From Acholeplasmatales bacterium (GTDB lineage Bacteria; Bacillota_I; Bacilli_A; Izemoplasmatales; Izemoplasmataceae): a stretch of 64,000 bases of DNA. The translations under genes and the position numbers were made by a program. Location of the stretch: contig RECF01000067.1 in assembly GCA_007694145.1 (NCBI GenBank), positions 53,960-117,959 on the forward strand, in the 5' to 3' direction. The first letter of the stretch is position 1. Every line of letters starts with the position of its first letter. Positions 1 to 9,600 of this stretch are shown here, piece after piece. Below the pieces are notes generated by a model. That model was not told the origin of the DNA. It worked only from the letters and a program-made list of their open reading frames with translations, and made no database searches.

Positions 1-793
1 CATCGAGCACGATATTCCGAATCACCAGATCGTCGAACATCTCAATGACTTGATAACGTATCGGCAGGAACGCCCGCTTTGTGAGCACTGTCCGGGACTC
101 GATGCCTGCAAACAAGAGACCTATGGTTATCAACCGGTACTCGAGTACCGAAACCAACATATCATCCTCAGTTATCAGGCGTGTTCATATCTTGAAAACC
201 ATCAGCGTCACCTGCAACATCAATCGCGCATTTCGGCCTTATACATGCCAAAGATGATTGAAAAAGCCAGTCTAGCTGATTACCATATGACGGCCGAGGG
301 ACGCCGCGATTTATACAGCAAGATCATGACGATTTTCACCAAACTGAAAGTCAAAGAAGCGGTCAAAGGGCTTTATTTGAGCGGGGGGTATCAGATTGGC
401 AAGACGTACACCCTCGCCGCGATGGCCAATCACTTCGCCAATTTGGAGTATGATGTCGTCATCGCCTATTATCCCGATTTAGTGCGTGAGATGAAGTCTG
501 CCATCAAGACCGGCACCCTTGAGTCCTCCATCGAGCGGCTGAAACACGTCGATGTGCTCATGCTCGATGACATTGGCGGAGAAGCCGTATCACAATGGGT
601 TCGCGATGAAGTGCTCGGCCCTATTTTACAACATAGACTGCTCGATCAAAAACTGACATTTTTCTCGTCGAATGTCCGTCTCAAAGAACTCGCTAAAAAC
701 ATGACCGAGACCGAGCAACAAGCCGAACAACTCAAGGCTTACCGGATTTTCGAGCGCATCCGTGCCATGTGTGAAGAAGTGGTGATGAAATAA
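1..793 (+). CDS. dnaI: Primosomal helicase loader DnaI, C-terminal part (5' end lies outside the window)
   Basis: The ORF is open to the window edge. It carries an AAA+ Walker A motif (GGYQIGKTY) and a Walker B motif (LMLDDIGGE). Its position just upstream of the thrS region matches the Bacillus dnaB-dnaI...thrS neighbourhood. Confidence 0.85.
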   Translation, partial: IEHDIPNHQIVEHLNDLITYRQERPLCEHCPGLDACKQETYGYQPVLEYRNQHIILSYQACSYLENHQRHLQHQSRISALYMPKMIEKASLADYHMTAEGRRDLYSKIMTIFTKLKVKEAVKGLYLSGGYQIGKTYTLAAMANHFANLEYDVVIAYYPDLVREMKSAIKTGTLESSIERLKHVDVLMLDDIGGEAVSQWVRDEVLGPILQHRLLDQKLTFFSSNVRLKELAKNMTETEQQAEQLKAYRIFERIRAMCEEVVMK

Positions 794-841
794 AAAAACA
801 TCCGCTGAGACTGTGTGTATCACAGTTCAGGCGGATGCTTT
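792..841. terminator. Bidirectional rho-independent terminator between dnaI and the convergent membrane-protein gene
   Basis: A 7-bp GC stem (catccgc...gcggatg) with an internal palindrome (actgtg/cacagt) is flanked by an A-run upstream and a T-run downstream. Confidence 0.6.
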
Positions 842-1311
842 CATAAAGGCTTTTGAACCGGTTTGATCAAAGCGAAGACCAACGTGAGTGGACTGGCTAA
901 AGCAAGGAAGAACATCGCAAAACCAAAATGTTCCCGAATACTGCCCCAATCAGATTGCGTCCGACGCAAGGCATAGGCGTCACTAACAAGCATATAGGCC
1001 CACTGCGCCATCGTGATCAGCACAAGCAAGGCGGCGATACCTACGACCATCTGCTTGACAGCTGTGATATAGCCTCGCCTGAGACGCAAGGTCAACAAGG
1101 CGCCGATTTGTCCCGCAATCAGCCAGATGAGAAGCCCCCAACCCAAATAGGGCTGATCAAGATAATCATGCAAAAACGTATAACGTGTGGTGCCACCAAA
1201 GGCTTGAACAACATAATGTGAACTTAAAAAACCGATAAGGGTGATCCCGAACAAGATGCCGATCAAGCCTCCAGCCGGCAACCATTCAAGACGCGTTTTT
1301 TGTGTTTCCAT
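841..1311 (-). CDS. Hypothetical integral membrane protein (about 4 predicted TM helices)
   Basis: A 156-aa ORF with four long hydrophobic segments. I recognise no conserved catalytic motif. It is transcribed divergently from the thrS leader promoter. Confidence 0.5.
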   Translation of the reverse strand: METQKTRLEWLPAGGLIGILFGITLIGFLSSHYVVQAFGGTTRYTFLHDYLDQPYLGWGLLIWLIAGQIGALLTLRLRRGYITAVKQMVVGIAALLVLITMAQWAYMLVSDAYALRRTQSDWGSIREHFGFAMFFLALASPLTLVFALIKPVQKPL

Positions 1312-1409
1312 GGGTTTCCTCCCGTCGCGTGTCGCTTATCATTATAGTCGATACCTGCCATCTGTGCAAGATGTAGACCACTTTATGTCCACGCAAGGGG
1401 TGATTTTGT

Positions 1410-1438
1410 TTGACAAACCGGGTAGCATTCATTATGAT
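1410..1438 (+). promoter_or_regulatory. Sigma-A-type promoter of the thrS leader (TTGACA-17-TATGAT)
   Basis: TTGACA at 1410-1415, a 17-nt spacer, and TATGAT at 1433-1438. Confidence 0.6.
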
Positions 1439-1444
1439 GAAGAT

Positions 1445-1640
1445 AAAGACAATGACGAGGCCATGACCAAGCCACCACATAGCGAGGCAGGATGGTGCAA
1501 GCTGCCAACGGTAAGGTCACTCCCTTCGAGTCGCCCGCGAAAGCGTGTGCCGCACCCCGGCGTTACGGGTTTGAGAGCCGATTCGTCGGAACAAAGGTGG
1601 TACCGCGGAGCAATTCGTCCTTGATCAGGGCGTTTTTTTA
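1445..1640 (+). promoter_or_regulatory. T-box riboswitch leader (tRNA-Thr sensing) with its terminator
   Basis: The conserved T-box sequence AAAGGTGGTACCGCGG at about 1593-1608 is followed by a terminator hairpin and a T-run ending at about 1639. A long structured leader lies upstream. Confidence 0.8.
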
Positions 1641-1673
1641 TGTTTCTCCTACGCCATAGAAAGGAATGAGCCC

Positions 1674-1988
1674 ATGAAACAACCCTTGACAGTCAAAGCA
1701 CTCCAGCAACACATCAAAGCCATCGACTTTCAGCCTGACAAGCAGTATGAAGTTGCCCTCAAACTGTTTGAAGAGGTAGGGGAGTTGAGTGTTGAAATGC
1801 GCAAGGCCCACCAGTACGGCCTGAGCGCAAAACGCAAACAGGCCATCATGTATGAACTGTATGATGTCCTGCATTATGTGACCCACATCGCCAACTTGTA
1901 CCAGATTGACCTTGAAGAAGCAATCATTGAAAAAGACAAAATCAATGCCATCCGTTATCATGAAAGAGAGGGACTGCCCCATGATTGA
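1674..1988 (+). CDS. MazG-like nucleotide pyrophosphohydrolase (YpjD-type small all-alpha NTP-PPase)
   Basis: Acidic metal-binding motifs EEVGEL and ELYDVLHY...DLEEA match the YpjD/MazG pattern. The RBS is gaaaggaatgagccc-ATG. Its stop codon overlaps the thrS start (ATGATTGA). Confidence 0.7.
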   Translation: MKQPLTVKALQQHIKAIDFQPDKQYEVALKLFEEVGELSVEMRKAHQYGLSAKRKQAIMYELYDVLHYVTHIANLYQIDLEEAIIEKDKINAIRYHEREGLPHD

Positions 1989-3900
1989 CATGCGTTTTCC
2001 CGACGGCCGCACCAAAGCTTATCCAGTGGGTATCACCCCAGAAGCCATCGCCGGTGACATTTCATCGGGCCTGCGGAAGAAGACCGTCGCCGCCTTCGTA
2101 GACGGTGACTTGTACGACCTCAACCGCCCCATCAACCAAGCTGCGACCATCGAACTGATCACCCAAGACCATCCCCGAGCCTTTGAAGTGCTCAACCACT
2201 CGACGGCCCATTTGATGGCCCAAGCCGTGCGCCGTCTTTATGGCGATGCCTTGTTCGGTGTCGGGCCGGCCATCGAAGAAGGATTCTATTATGACATCGC
2301 CACCGACGCAACCATCCGCCAGGAAGACTTGCCGGCCATCGAAGCCGTCATGCAGCAGATTGTCCAAGAAAAGATCGAAATGCATCGCGAAGAACTCACA
2401 CGCGAAGCGGCGCTACAGCGTTTTGAGGGCGACCCCTACAAAACCGAATTGATCCGCGAACTGCCGGAGGATGAACCGATTTCCATTTATACCCAAGGCG
2501 AGTTTGTCGACTTGTGTCGGGGTGGCCACATCGGCAACACCGGCCACATCAAACATTTCAAACTGCTCAGTGTCGCCGGTGCTTACTGGCGTGGCAAGTC
2601 CGAAAACGCCATGTTGCAACGCATCTATGGAACGAGCTGGTTTTCACGCGATGCCCTCGATGCCCATCTGGCCATTTTAGAAGATCGCAAAGCGCGCGAT
2701 CATCGCAAACTCGGCAAGGAACTGAAAATTTTCGAGCTCAACCAGGATGCCGGACAAGGTCTAGCGTTGTGGTTGCCTAACGGCTATACCGTTCGCAAAG
2801 TACTTGAAGACTACGTCTACAATCTCGAACGACGCGCCGGCTACAAGCACGTCTCCACACCGGTTCTTGGCACCAAGAAACTCTATGAAATCAGCGGCCA
2901 TTTCGCCCACTACAAGGAGAACATGTTCCCGTTGATGAGTCGTGACGGTGAAGAGTTCGTGCTTCGGCCGATGAGTTGTCCGCACCATATGATTATTTAC
3001 AAAAGCGAACTGCGCAGCTACCGTGACCTGCCTTTGCGTCTCGCGGAAATCGTCATCATGCATCGTTATGAAGCAAGCGGCGCTCTCTCGGGCCTTGAGC
3101 GTGTCCGGGCGATGACCTTGACCGACTCGCATATTTTCGTGCGCAAGGATCAAATCAAGGCGGAAGCTTTAGCCGCCTACAAACTGATTTTGCAAGCCAT
3201 TCAGGATCTCGGGTTGCAAATCGATTATGTCGAACTCGCTTTGCGCGACAACGAAAAAGGCAAGTTCCATGACAACGACGCGTTGTGGGACACCGCTGAA
3301 GCGATGCTCAAAGAACTGCTTATCGAAGAAAATATCGAGCATGTAGAAGTGAAGGGAGAAGCGGCATTCTACGGTCCGAAGATCGATATTCAAGTCCGCA
3401 CGGCCATGAATCACGTCATCACCATGAGTACGGTCCAACTTGACTTCCTGCTTCCAGAACGCTTCGATTTGACCTATATCGGTCAAGATGGTGAAAAACA
3501 TCGTCCGGTCGTCATCCACCGGGGCTTGATTTCCACGTGGGAGCGTTTGATGAGTATTTTGCTTGAGCAATACAAAGGCGCCTTCCCTACCTGGCTCGCA
3601 CCGGTTCAGGTCAAAGTACTGCCCGTCAACATCGACAGTCACCAGGCGTATGCCGAAGAAGTCAACGAACATTTCCTCGATGAAACATTCCGCAGTGAAC
3701 TCGATGCCCGACCGGAAAAACTAGGTTACCGGATTCGTGAAGCCCAGACACAAAAAATCCCCTACCAGATTGTCATCGGCGATCAAGAAGTCGCCGACCG
3801 GTCCGTCACGTACCGCCGTTATGGCGAACAGGCCCAGACCACCGTGCCACTGGATACGTTCGTGACCTTGATGCATACAGTCATTCGCGACAAGTCCTAA
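1981..3900 (+). CDS. thrS: Threonyl-tRNA synthetase
   Basis: The N-terminus MIDMRFPDG...HSTAHLMAQA aligns with ThrS (TGS domain, editing domain, class II catalytic core, anticodon-binding domain). The start is set at the internal Met by homology to B. subtilis ThrS. Confidence 0.93.
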   Translation: MIDMRFPDGRTKAYPVGITPEAIAGDISSGLRKKTVAAFVDGDLYDLNRPINQAATIELITQDHPRAFEVLNHSTAHLMAQAVRRLYGDALFGVGPAIEEGFYYDIATDATIRQEDLPAIEAVMQQIVQEKIEMHREELTREAALQRFEGDPYKTELIRELPEDEPISIYTQGEFVDLCRGGHIGNTGHIKHFKLLSVAGAYWRGKSENAMLQRIYGTSWFSRDALDAHLAILEDRKARDHRKLGKELKIFELNQDAGQGLALWLPNGYTVRKVLEDYVYNLERRAGYKHVSTPVLGTKKLYEISGHFAHYKENMFPLMSRDGEEFVLRPMSCPHHMIIYKSELRSYRDLPLRLAEIVIMHRYEASGALSGLERVRAMTLTDSHIFVRKDQIKAEALAAYKLILQAIQDLGLQIDYVELALRDNEKGKFHDNDALWDTAEAMLKELLIEENIEHVEVKGEAAFYGPKIDIQVRTAMNHVITMSTVQLDFLLPERFDLTYIGQDGEKHRPVVIHRGLISTWERLMSILLEQYKGAFPTWLAPVQVKVLPVNIDSHQAYAEEVNEHFLDETFRSELDARPEKLGYRIREAQTQKIPYQIVIGDQEVADRSVTYRRYGEQAQTTVPLDTFVTLMHTVIRDKS

Positions 3901-3912
3901 TATGAAACAGCA

Positions 3913-3951
3913 AGCCCCTGTCGGCGGTGTGACACCCGACAGGGGCTTTTT
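3913..3951. terminator. Bidirectional terminator between the convergent thrS and rqcH genes
   Basis: A 12-bp stem agcccctgtcgg...ccgacaggggct followed by TTTTT. Confidence 0.65.
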
Positions 3952-3953
3952 GA

Positions 3954-5621
3954 TTAGCGTTTAAGGGTGAGGGCGCGGATAAAATCCGCATCGGGATCGA
4001 TATAGATGGTTTTTTGTTGGGTGTAGGTCACAAAGCAAAGTCGCTTGCCGGGAATCTTCTTGATGTGGCGCACTTCGGTATAGTCGACGGCCACGCTCGA
4101 ACTGTCCTTCATCGGTGAATGGAACGCTGCTAACTGAGCTGCCGTACGGAGAGTCGTCTCCTCAAGTGGGAAACCCTGTTTAACGACCACATGACTGCCG
4201 GGGGCGTTTTGAACATGAAACCAGACATGGAAATGCTTGGCTTCTTGGTGGGTGATGCGACTGTTTTGGTGGTTGTTCTTGCCGACAAGAATCTCCACCC
4301 CTAAAGCGTCTTCGTACAGGGTGTAACGGGCGCTGCGCATGGCGCGTTTGGATGTTTGCTTCCTAGCCCGTAGAAAGCCCTCGCTTACAAGTTCTTCGCG
4401 CATTTCCTCAATGTCGGCGAGATTGGCATGCTCAAGTTGCGACTTGAGCAAGAGGAAATACTCGAGATCGTCCTTTGTGGCAGAGCGTTGTTTTTTGACG
4501 TGCGGAATACTTTTTTTCAGTTTCTTGTACTTCTTGAAATACCGCTCACTGTTGGCGAGTGCCGATTTATCCGCTTCAAGCGGGATGGTGACCATCAGCC
4601 CGGTATAGTAGTTTTCAACGGTGACGGCGCGGTCGCCTTTTTCGATAGCGTGGCGGTTGGCAAGAAGGAGCTCACCTTGGATTCTAAATCGGTCGAGGTC
4701 TTGTGCGGCGCGGAGATCTTGTTCAAGGTTCAACAGCTTGCCCCGTAGTTTTTCGATTTGCCGTTTCAAAAACTTTTCAAGGTCGCGTGCTTTTTGCTTG
4801 CGCTTGTCCGCTTGGTCCCGTTCGAAGAAGTACGCGTCAAACAGTTCTGGGACGGAGGTATGGGTGGACGTTTGACCGTCAAGATGGGTCAGCTTCAGAC
4901 AGTAGTAGACAGTCTTTCTCCCACTCACAATCGTATAGTGACGCTCGTTGAGCATGGCGGTGAACGTGTCGAGTGCCGACGCACCATGGGTCTTGAGTCT
5001 GAAGTCGAACTCGGTGAGAAAAAGCGGGGAGACACCGGAAATCTTTTGGAGGCGGGCATGCATGGCGGGTTCAGTCGTTTGGAGAGCCTCTGCAAGGGCT
5101 AAGCGGTCAAACGGGTTGACACGCGGGTCATCGGGATAGGTGTACATGGCACTTGGCATGATGGTTCGAGCTTGTTCATCAAAAGGGCCTGTATGCTTGA
5201 GCGCTTCAAGAATGGTGCCGTCTTCATGGGTGAGAAGGATGTTCGCATCTTTGCCCATCGCCTCGAAAATGAGGTGTTTTCTGGTCAAGTCGCCGAGTTC
5301 ATCGGTGACCCGAACGGTCAAAGTCACGACCCGGTCATTGTCGTGTTGGGCAATGCGTTCGATGATTGCCCCTTCAAGATGTTTGCGCAAAAACATGCAA
5401 AACATCGGGGGATGCGGTGGGGTTTCATACGTGTTCAAGGTCCGGTGGATGCGGGTATATTTGGGCGAGGCACTGATTAAAAGACGGTGTGTTTTCACCG
5501 TCCGTACCTGCAAGAGGAGGTCATAGGTCCCCAACTGGTAGATTTTCGTGATGCGGCCGTGTTGCATTGTTTCCACGAGGTCTTCAACCACGTGGCCAAG
5601 CATGATACCATCAAAACTCAT
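3954..5621 (-). CDS. rqcH: Ribosome quality-control protein RqcH (NFACT/FbpA family, YloA-like)
   Basis: The N-terminus MSFDGIMLGHVV... is typical of NFACT-N. There is a coiled-coil middle region and a C-terminal DUF814-like region. The start is set at MSFDG because the upstream in-frame codons lie inside the TGcTATAAT promoter. Confidence 0.8.
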   Translation of the reverse strand: MSFDGIMLGHVVEDLVETMQHGRITKIYQLGTYDLLLQVRTVKTHRLLISASPKYTRIHRTLNTYETPPHPPMFCMFLRKHLEGAIIERIAQHDNDRVVTLTVRVTDELGDLTRKHLIFEAMGKDANILLTHEDGTILEALKHTGPFDEQARTIMPSAMYTYPDDPRVNPFDRLALAEALQTTEPAMHARLQKISGVSPLFLTEFDFRLKTHGASALDTFTAMLNERHYTIVSGRKTVYYCLKLTHLDGQTSTHTSVPELFDAYFFERDQADKRKQKARDLEKFLKRQIEKLRGKLLNLEQDLRAAQDLDRFRIQGELLLANRHAIEKGDRAVTVENYYTGLMVTIPLEADKSALANSERYFKKYKKLKKSIPHVKKQRSATKDDLEYFLLLKSQLEHANLADIEEMREELVSEGFLRARKQTSKRAMRSARYTLYEDALGVEILVGKNNHQNSRITHQEAKHFHVWFHVQNAPGSHVVVKQGFPLEETTLRTAAQLAAFHSPMKDSSSVAVDYTEVRHIKKIPGKRLCFVTYTQQKTIYIDPDADFIRALTLKR

Positions 5622-5753
5622 TGTCATCACCACCGTCATTATAGCACACCGTCATGCCTAGGCCGAATTTTTTCATTTTCTCTTACATTATGATGGGATA
5701 AATGTTATTATATAGAATAATGGAACCCACCAAGAAAAGGGGAGGCCGATGGT

Positions 5754-6383
5754 ATGAAGTTGAACGAACGCGGTTTGCTTGTCGTGCTGAGCGGTCCCTC
5801 AGGCGTTGGCAAAGGCACCGTTCGCAAAGCGCTCTTTGAACTCGAAGGTCACGATTTGGTTTACTCCATCTCCATGACGACACGGCCACCAAGGCTTGGT
5901 GAAGTCGATGGCGTAGATTATTACTTTGTTTCCCGTGAAGAATTCGAGGCACGCATCAAGAACGACGCATTTCTTGAGTGGGCCCAGTTCGTCGGTCACT
6001 ATTACGGCAGTCCACGTGACAAAGTAGAAGCCCAACTTAGCCTCGGCAAGGAAGTCGTGCTCGAGATTGAGGTGCAGGGCGCCTTGCAAGTCCGTGAAAA
6101 AATGAGTGATGGCGTTTTCATCTTCATTGCCCCGCCCAACAAGGAAGTTTTATATCGACGCCTGTTGCGTCGCGGGACTGAATCAGGTGAAGTCATCCAG
6201 AAGCGGATGGACAAAGCTGAGCGGGAGTTTCCCCTTGCCCACAAGTACGACTACATCGTAGTCAACGATGAAGTGACGAACGCTGCCGACCGTATTCTTG
6301 CCATCATTCGTGCCGAACATGCCAAAACGGAACGTTCCATTCATAAATACATTGAACTACTGGAGGTCAACAACCATGAGTAA
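5754..6383 (+). CDS. gmk: Guanylate kinase
   Basis: P-loop GPSGVGKGT, and the length and motifs expected of guanylate kinase. Confidence 0.93.
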   Translation: MKLNERGLLVVLSGPSGVGKGTVRKALFELEGHDLVYSISMTTRPPRLGEVDGVDYYFVSREEFEARIKNDAFLEWAQFVGHYYGSPRDKVEAQLSLGKEVVLEIEVQGALQVREKMSDGVFIFIAPPNKEVLYRRLLRRGTESGEVIQKRMDKAEREFPLAHKYDYIVVNDEVTNAADRILAIIRAEHAKTERSIHKYIELLEVNNHE

Positions 6384-6600
6384 CCGCAATGAAGAAGGAC
6401 TACGCTACCCATCCATCGACACACTGCTTGACATGATCGATTCGAAATACAAACTGGCCTATACTGCCGCCATGCGCGCTAAGCTGGTCAAAGAAAAGAA
6501 CGATACCACCATCAAACCTCGCTGTGACAAACCGATTGGCATCGCCCTTGAAGAAATCGAAGCGGGAAAAATAACGATTGAATTTGAAGAAAATGAGTAG
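6376..6600 (+). CDS. rpoZ: DNA-directed RNA polymerase omega subunit
   Basis: MSNRNEEGLRYPSIDTLL...RYKLAYTAAMRAKLV is an RpoZ signature. The start overlaps the gmk stop, and the gene order gmk-rpoZ is conserved. Confidence 0.85.
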   Translation: MSNRNEEGLRYPSIDTLLDMIDSKYKLAYTAAMRAKLVKEKNDTTIKPRCDKPIGIALEEIEAGKITIEFEENE

Positions 6601-6621
6601 AAGATTTTCTACTTTTTTTTC
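6596..6621 (+). terminator. Terminator after rpoZ
   Basis: Stem agtagaa/ttctact followed by a T-run. Confidence 0.5.
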
Positions 6622-6677
6622 GCGCGTTTTGTCTCGTCGTATGCTATAATATGGGTGGAAAATCTGAGGTGAAAAGT

Positions 6678-9600
6678 ATGAGTGAGTCCTTAGAACGTGT
6701 CTTAGAATTCTTACATCTTGAAGATGAAAAAGAGGCCATATCAGGCAGATTGATCGAACTGAGCGTCGATGAAGCCCGCCGCGAGTGGTTTTTTAATATA
6801 GAACTCGAACACCCCCTACCCATTGAAGTCTTCACTCGCCTTCAAGACGGCCTAGAAAATGTGCCGTATTTTGCCAAAGCCTGTGATCGCGTCACGTATG
6901 AAATCGACTATGTGCACCAGGACTTTTCGCAAATCGACAGCTACTACCACCATATTCTCAACCGACTCATTGCCCGGCGTCCCCGCTATGAGGCACTCAA
7001 AGGTTTTCCCATCGAAAAAAATGGCAACCAAACCTTGCATATTGTCTGCCCACGGGATGGGACATACGTAGAAGACATGCTCATCGACATTGAGCAAGCC
7101 CTCGCTCAAGTAGGGTTTGAGGTCACCCTTGACATCCGTTATTGTCAAGAGGCACCTGCCATCAGTGACCGGATCGCCTCCATCGATCATGAAGAGGTGC
7201 TTGAAGCAGAAGTCGAACATGCCCAGCGGAGTGAACAGCGTCGCTACCTTGCCTTCAATGACCGAACCATCAAGAAAATCAACCATACCATCGACCATAT
7301 TCCAATAACCGAGGCCGCTTTAATTGAGTACAAATCCAGCCATCACAAAGCCGATTTCACCATTGAAGCTATGGTGATCAGCAGTGAAGAACGGAAAATC
7401 AACGCCCAGACGATCTTGTTTACCTTCGTGCTCAGTGACAGTGCCGACTCCATCTATGTGAAAAAGTTTGTGCGCGACCAAGAAGAAGCGGTCTTCCTCA
7501 GGGCCACCCAACCTAACATGATGATGAAAGTCAAAGGCAGCGCCGCCTATGACACCTTCGCCGATGAGGTGGTCTTGACCGCCATCGTCATCGAACGCAC
7601 CGATCGACCCGTCATCCGGGAAATCCGTCAAGACGATGCCCCCACGCGCCGCGTCGAACTGCACCTACATACTAAAATGTCCACGCTTGACGGCATCGAC
7701 AGCATTGAAGATTATGTCGATACTGCCTTGCGTTTCAAACACAAAGCCATCGCCCTCACCGACCGAAACAGCGCGCAGGCATTTCCGGAGTTTTTCAAGG
7801 CGACCCGTAAAAAACCTATCAAGCCGATTTACGGCGTTGAGTTCAGTATCGTCGACGAAGCCGATCTGGCCATCGCCCGAGGTGACTACGAGGGTGATCT
7901 CGACAAGACCGTCTTTACCGTCTTCGACGTCGAAACGACCCACTTGTCGGTCAAACATGGTAAAATCATCGAGATTTCTGCAGTCAAAATCAAAAACCAT
8001 CAAGTCGTCGAGACCTTCAACCGTTTTGTCAATCCCCATGAAACGCTCTCATCCTTCACCCGTCGCTTGACCGGCATCACGCAACAACAAGTCGATACCG
8101 CCGAGGATCTCGCCACCGTACTCCCTGCCTTCAAGGCGTTTTTCACCGGGACCGTCATGGTCGCGCACAACGCCCCTTTTGACATGGGACATATTCATGA
8201 AGCGTTGCGTGAACTAGACGTGTTTGACGGACCGTACCCACACATTGATACATTGCAAATTGCCAGGCAATGCTATGCGAATGACCTGAAACGATTCAAC
8301 CTGAAAGCCGTAGCCAAGTACTTCAAGGTTGAACTCAAACATCACCATCGCGCGGAGCATGACGCGCGGGCGACCGCTGATATTTTCTTGCATATGCTCG
8401 ATGCGCTCTCGCGTCAAGGCATCAAGACATTCAGCGACTTGAAAACGATCACCCGCCATTTGCCTGATGTCAATATTTATGCCCATGCCATGCCCACGCG
8501 GATGGTCGCCCTTGTCAAGACGCAAGCCGGCCTGAAAAACCTGTACCGTTTGGTGACACTCGCGAATACCGATTATTTCCACAAAGAACCGATGTTGCCG
8601 AAAAAGGTACTCGACGCGCATCGTGAAGGGCTTCTCCTTGGCAGTGGCTTTGTCGGCAGTGACGTGTTTGAAGCAGCCTTTTACGAAGATGACGACGCCT
8701 TGATGCACAAAGCGGCTTACTATGACTATCTTGAAGTGCAACCCGAAGCCGATATGCAGTATCTCGGTGAAGGCGATCCATTGTTCAACCAAACCATCGC
8801 CGCCATCCTCAAACGGACCATCGCCATCGGTGAACAGCTTAATACGCCGATCATCGCGGCCTCAAACGCCTATCACATCGAGCAAAGTGGTGTCAAGTAT
8901 CGCGATATCTATGTGAAAACACCGGTGGTAGGGGGCGGCTTGCATCCCCTTGCCCATCGTGAGACGATTCCGAGTCAATACTTCCGGACCACCACGGAAA
9001 TGCTCCAAGCGTTTCCCACCTTGAAAGAAGAGACCGTGCACCGTCTTGTCATCGACGCCCCGGTTGCGCTTTCTGAGCAAATTGACCATGTCCAAGCATT
9101 CAGTCGTGAACTGTTTGCCCCTACCGATGACTTTCTCGCTTCAGAAGGGATTCCATCGATTGAGAAACGCCTTCTCAAGATGGTGCGTGAGCGTGCTAAA
9201 GATGCGTATGGCGAGCCCCTGCATCCGCTCATCGCCGCCCGTCTTGACAAAGAACTCACCGCCATCACGACCCATCAGTTTTCTACGGTTTATTACATCT
9301 CGCACTTGCTCGTCAAGAAGTCGCTTGATGATGGTTATCTGGTCGGTTCTCGCGGCAGTGTCGGTTCAAGTCTCGTCGCGACGTTGATGGCGATTACCGA
9401 AGTCAATCCCCTGCCGCCGCACTATGTGTGTCCAAAGTGTTACTTCACCACCCTCAAGATGGCCCCCGCCGAAGCGAAAAGCTACGGCATCCATCCGGAT
9501 GAACAGGCGTTACAACAACACCTTGAGACGGTTTCAAGCGGCTATGATTTGCCCACCGCCGACTGTCCGCGCTGTGGCGCCGTCCTCAAAAAAGACGGCC

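Noticed and set aside
6298-6375. The N-terminal extension of the rpoZ ORF in the six-frame track (MPSFVPNMPKRN...), which overlaps gmk.
   Set aside because: It lies inside the gmk coding sequence in another frame. RpoZ homology begins at MSNRNEEG (6376), which overlaps the gmk stop.
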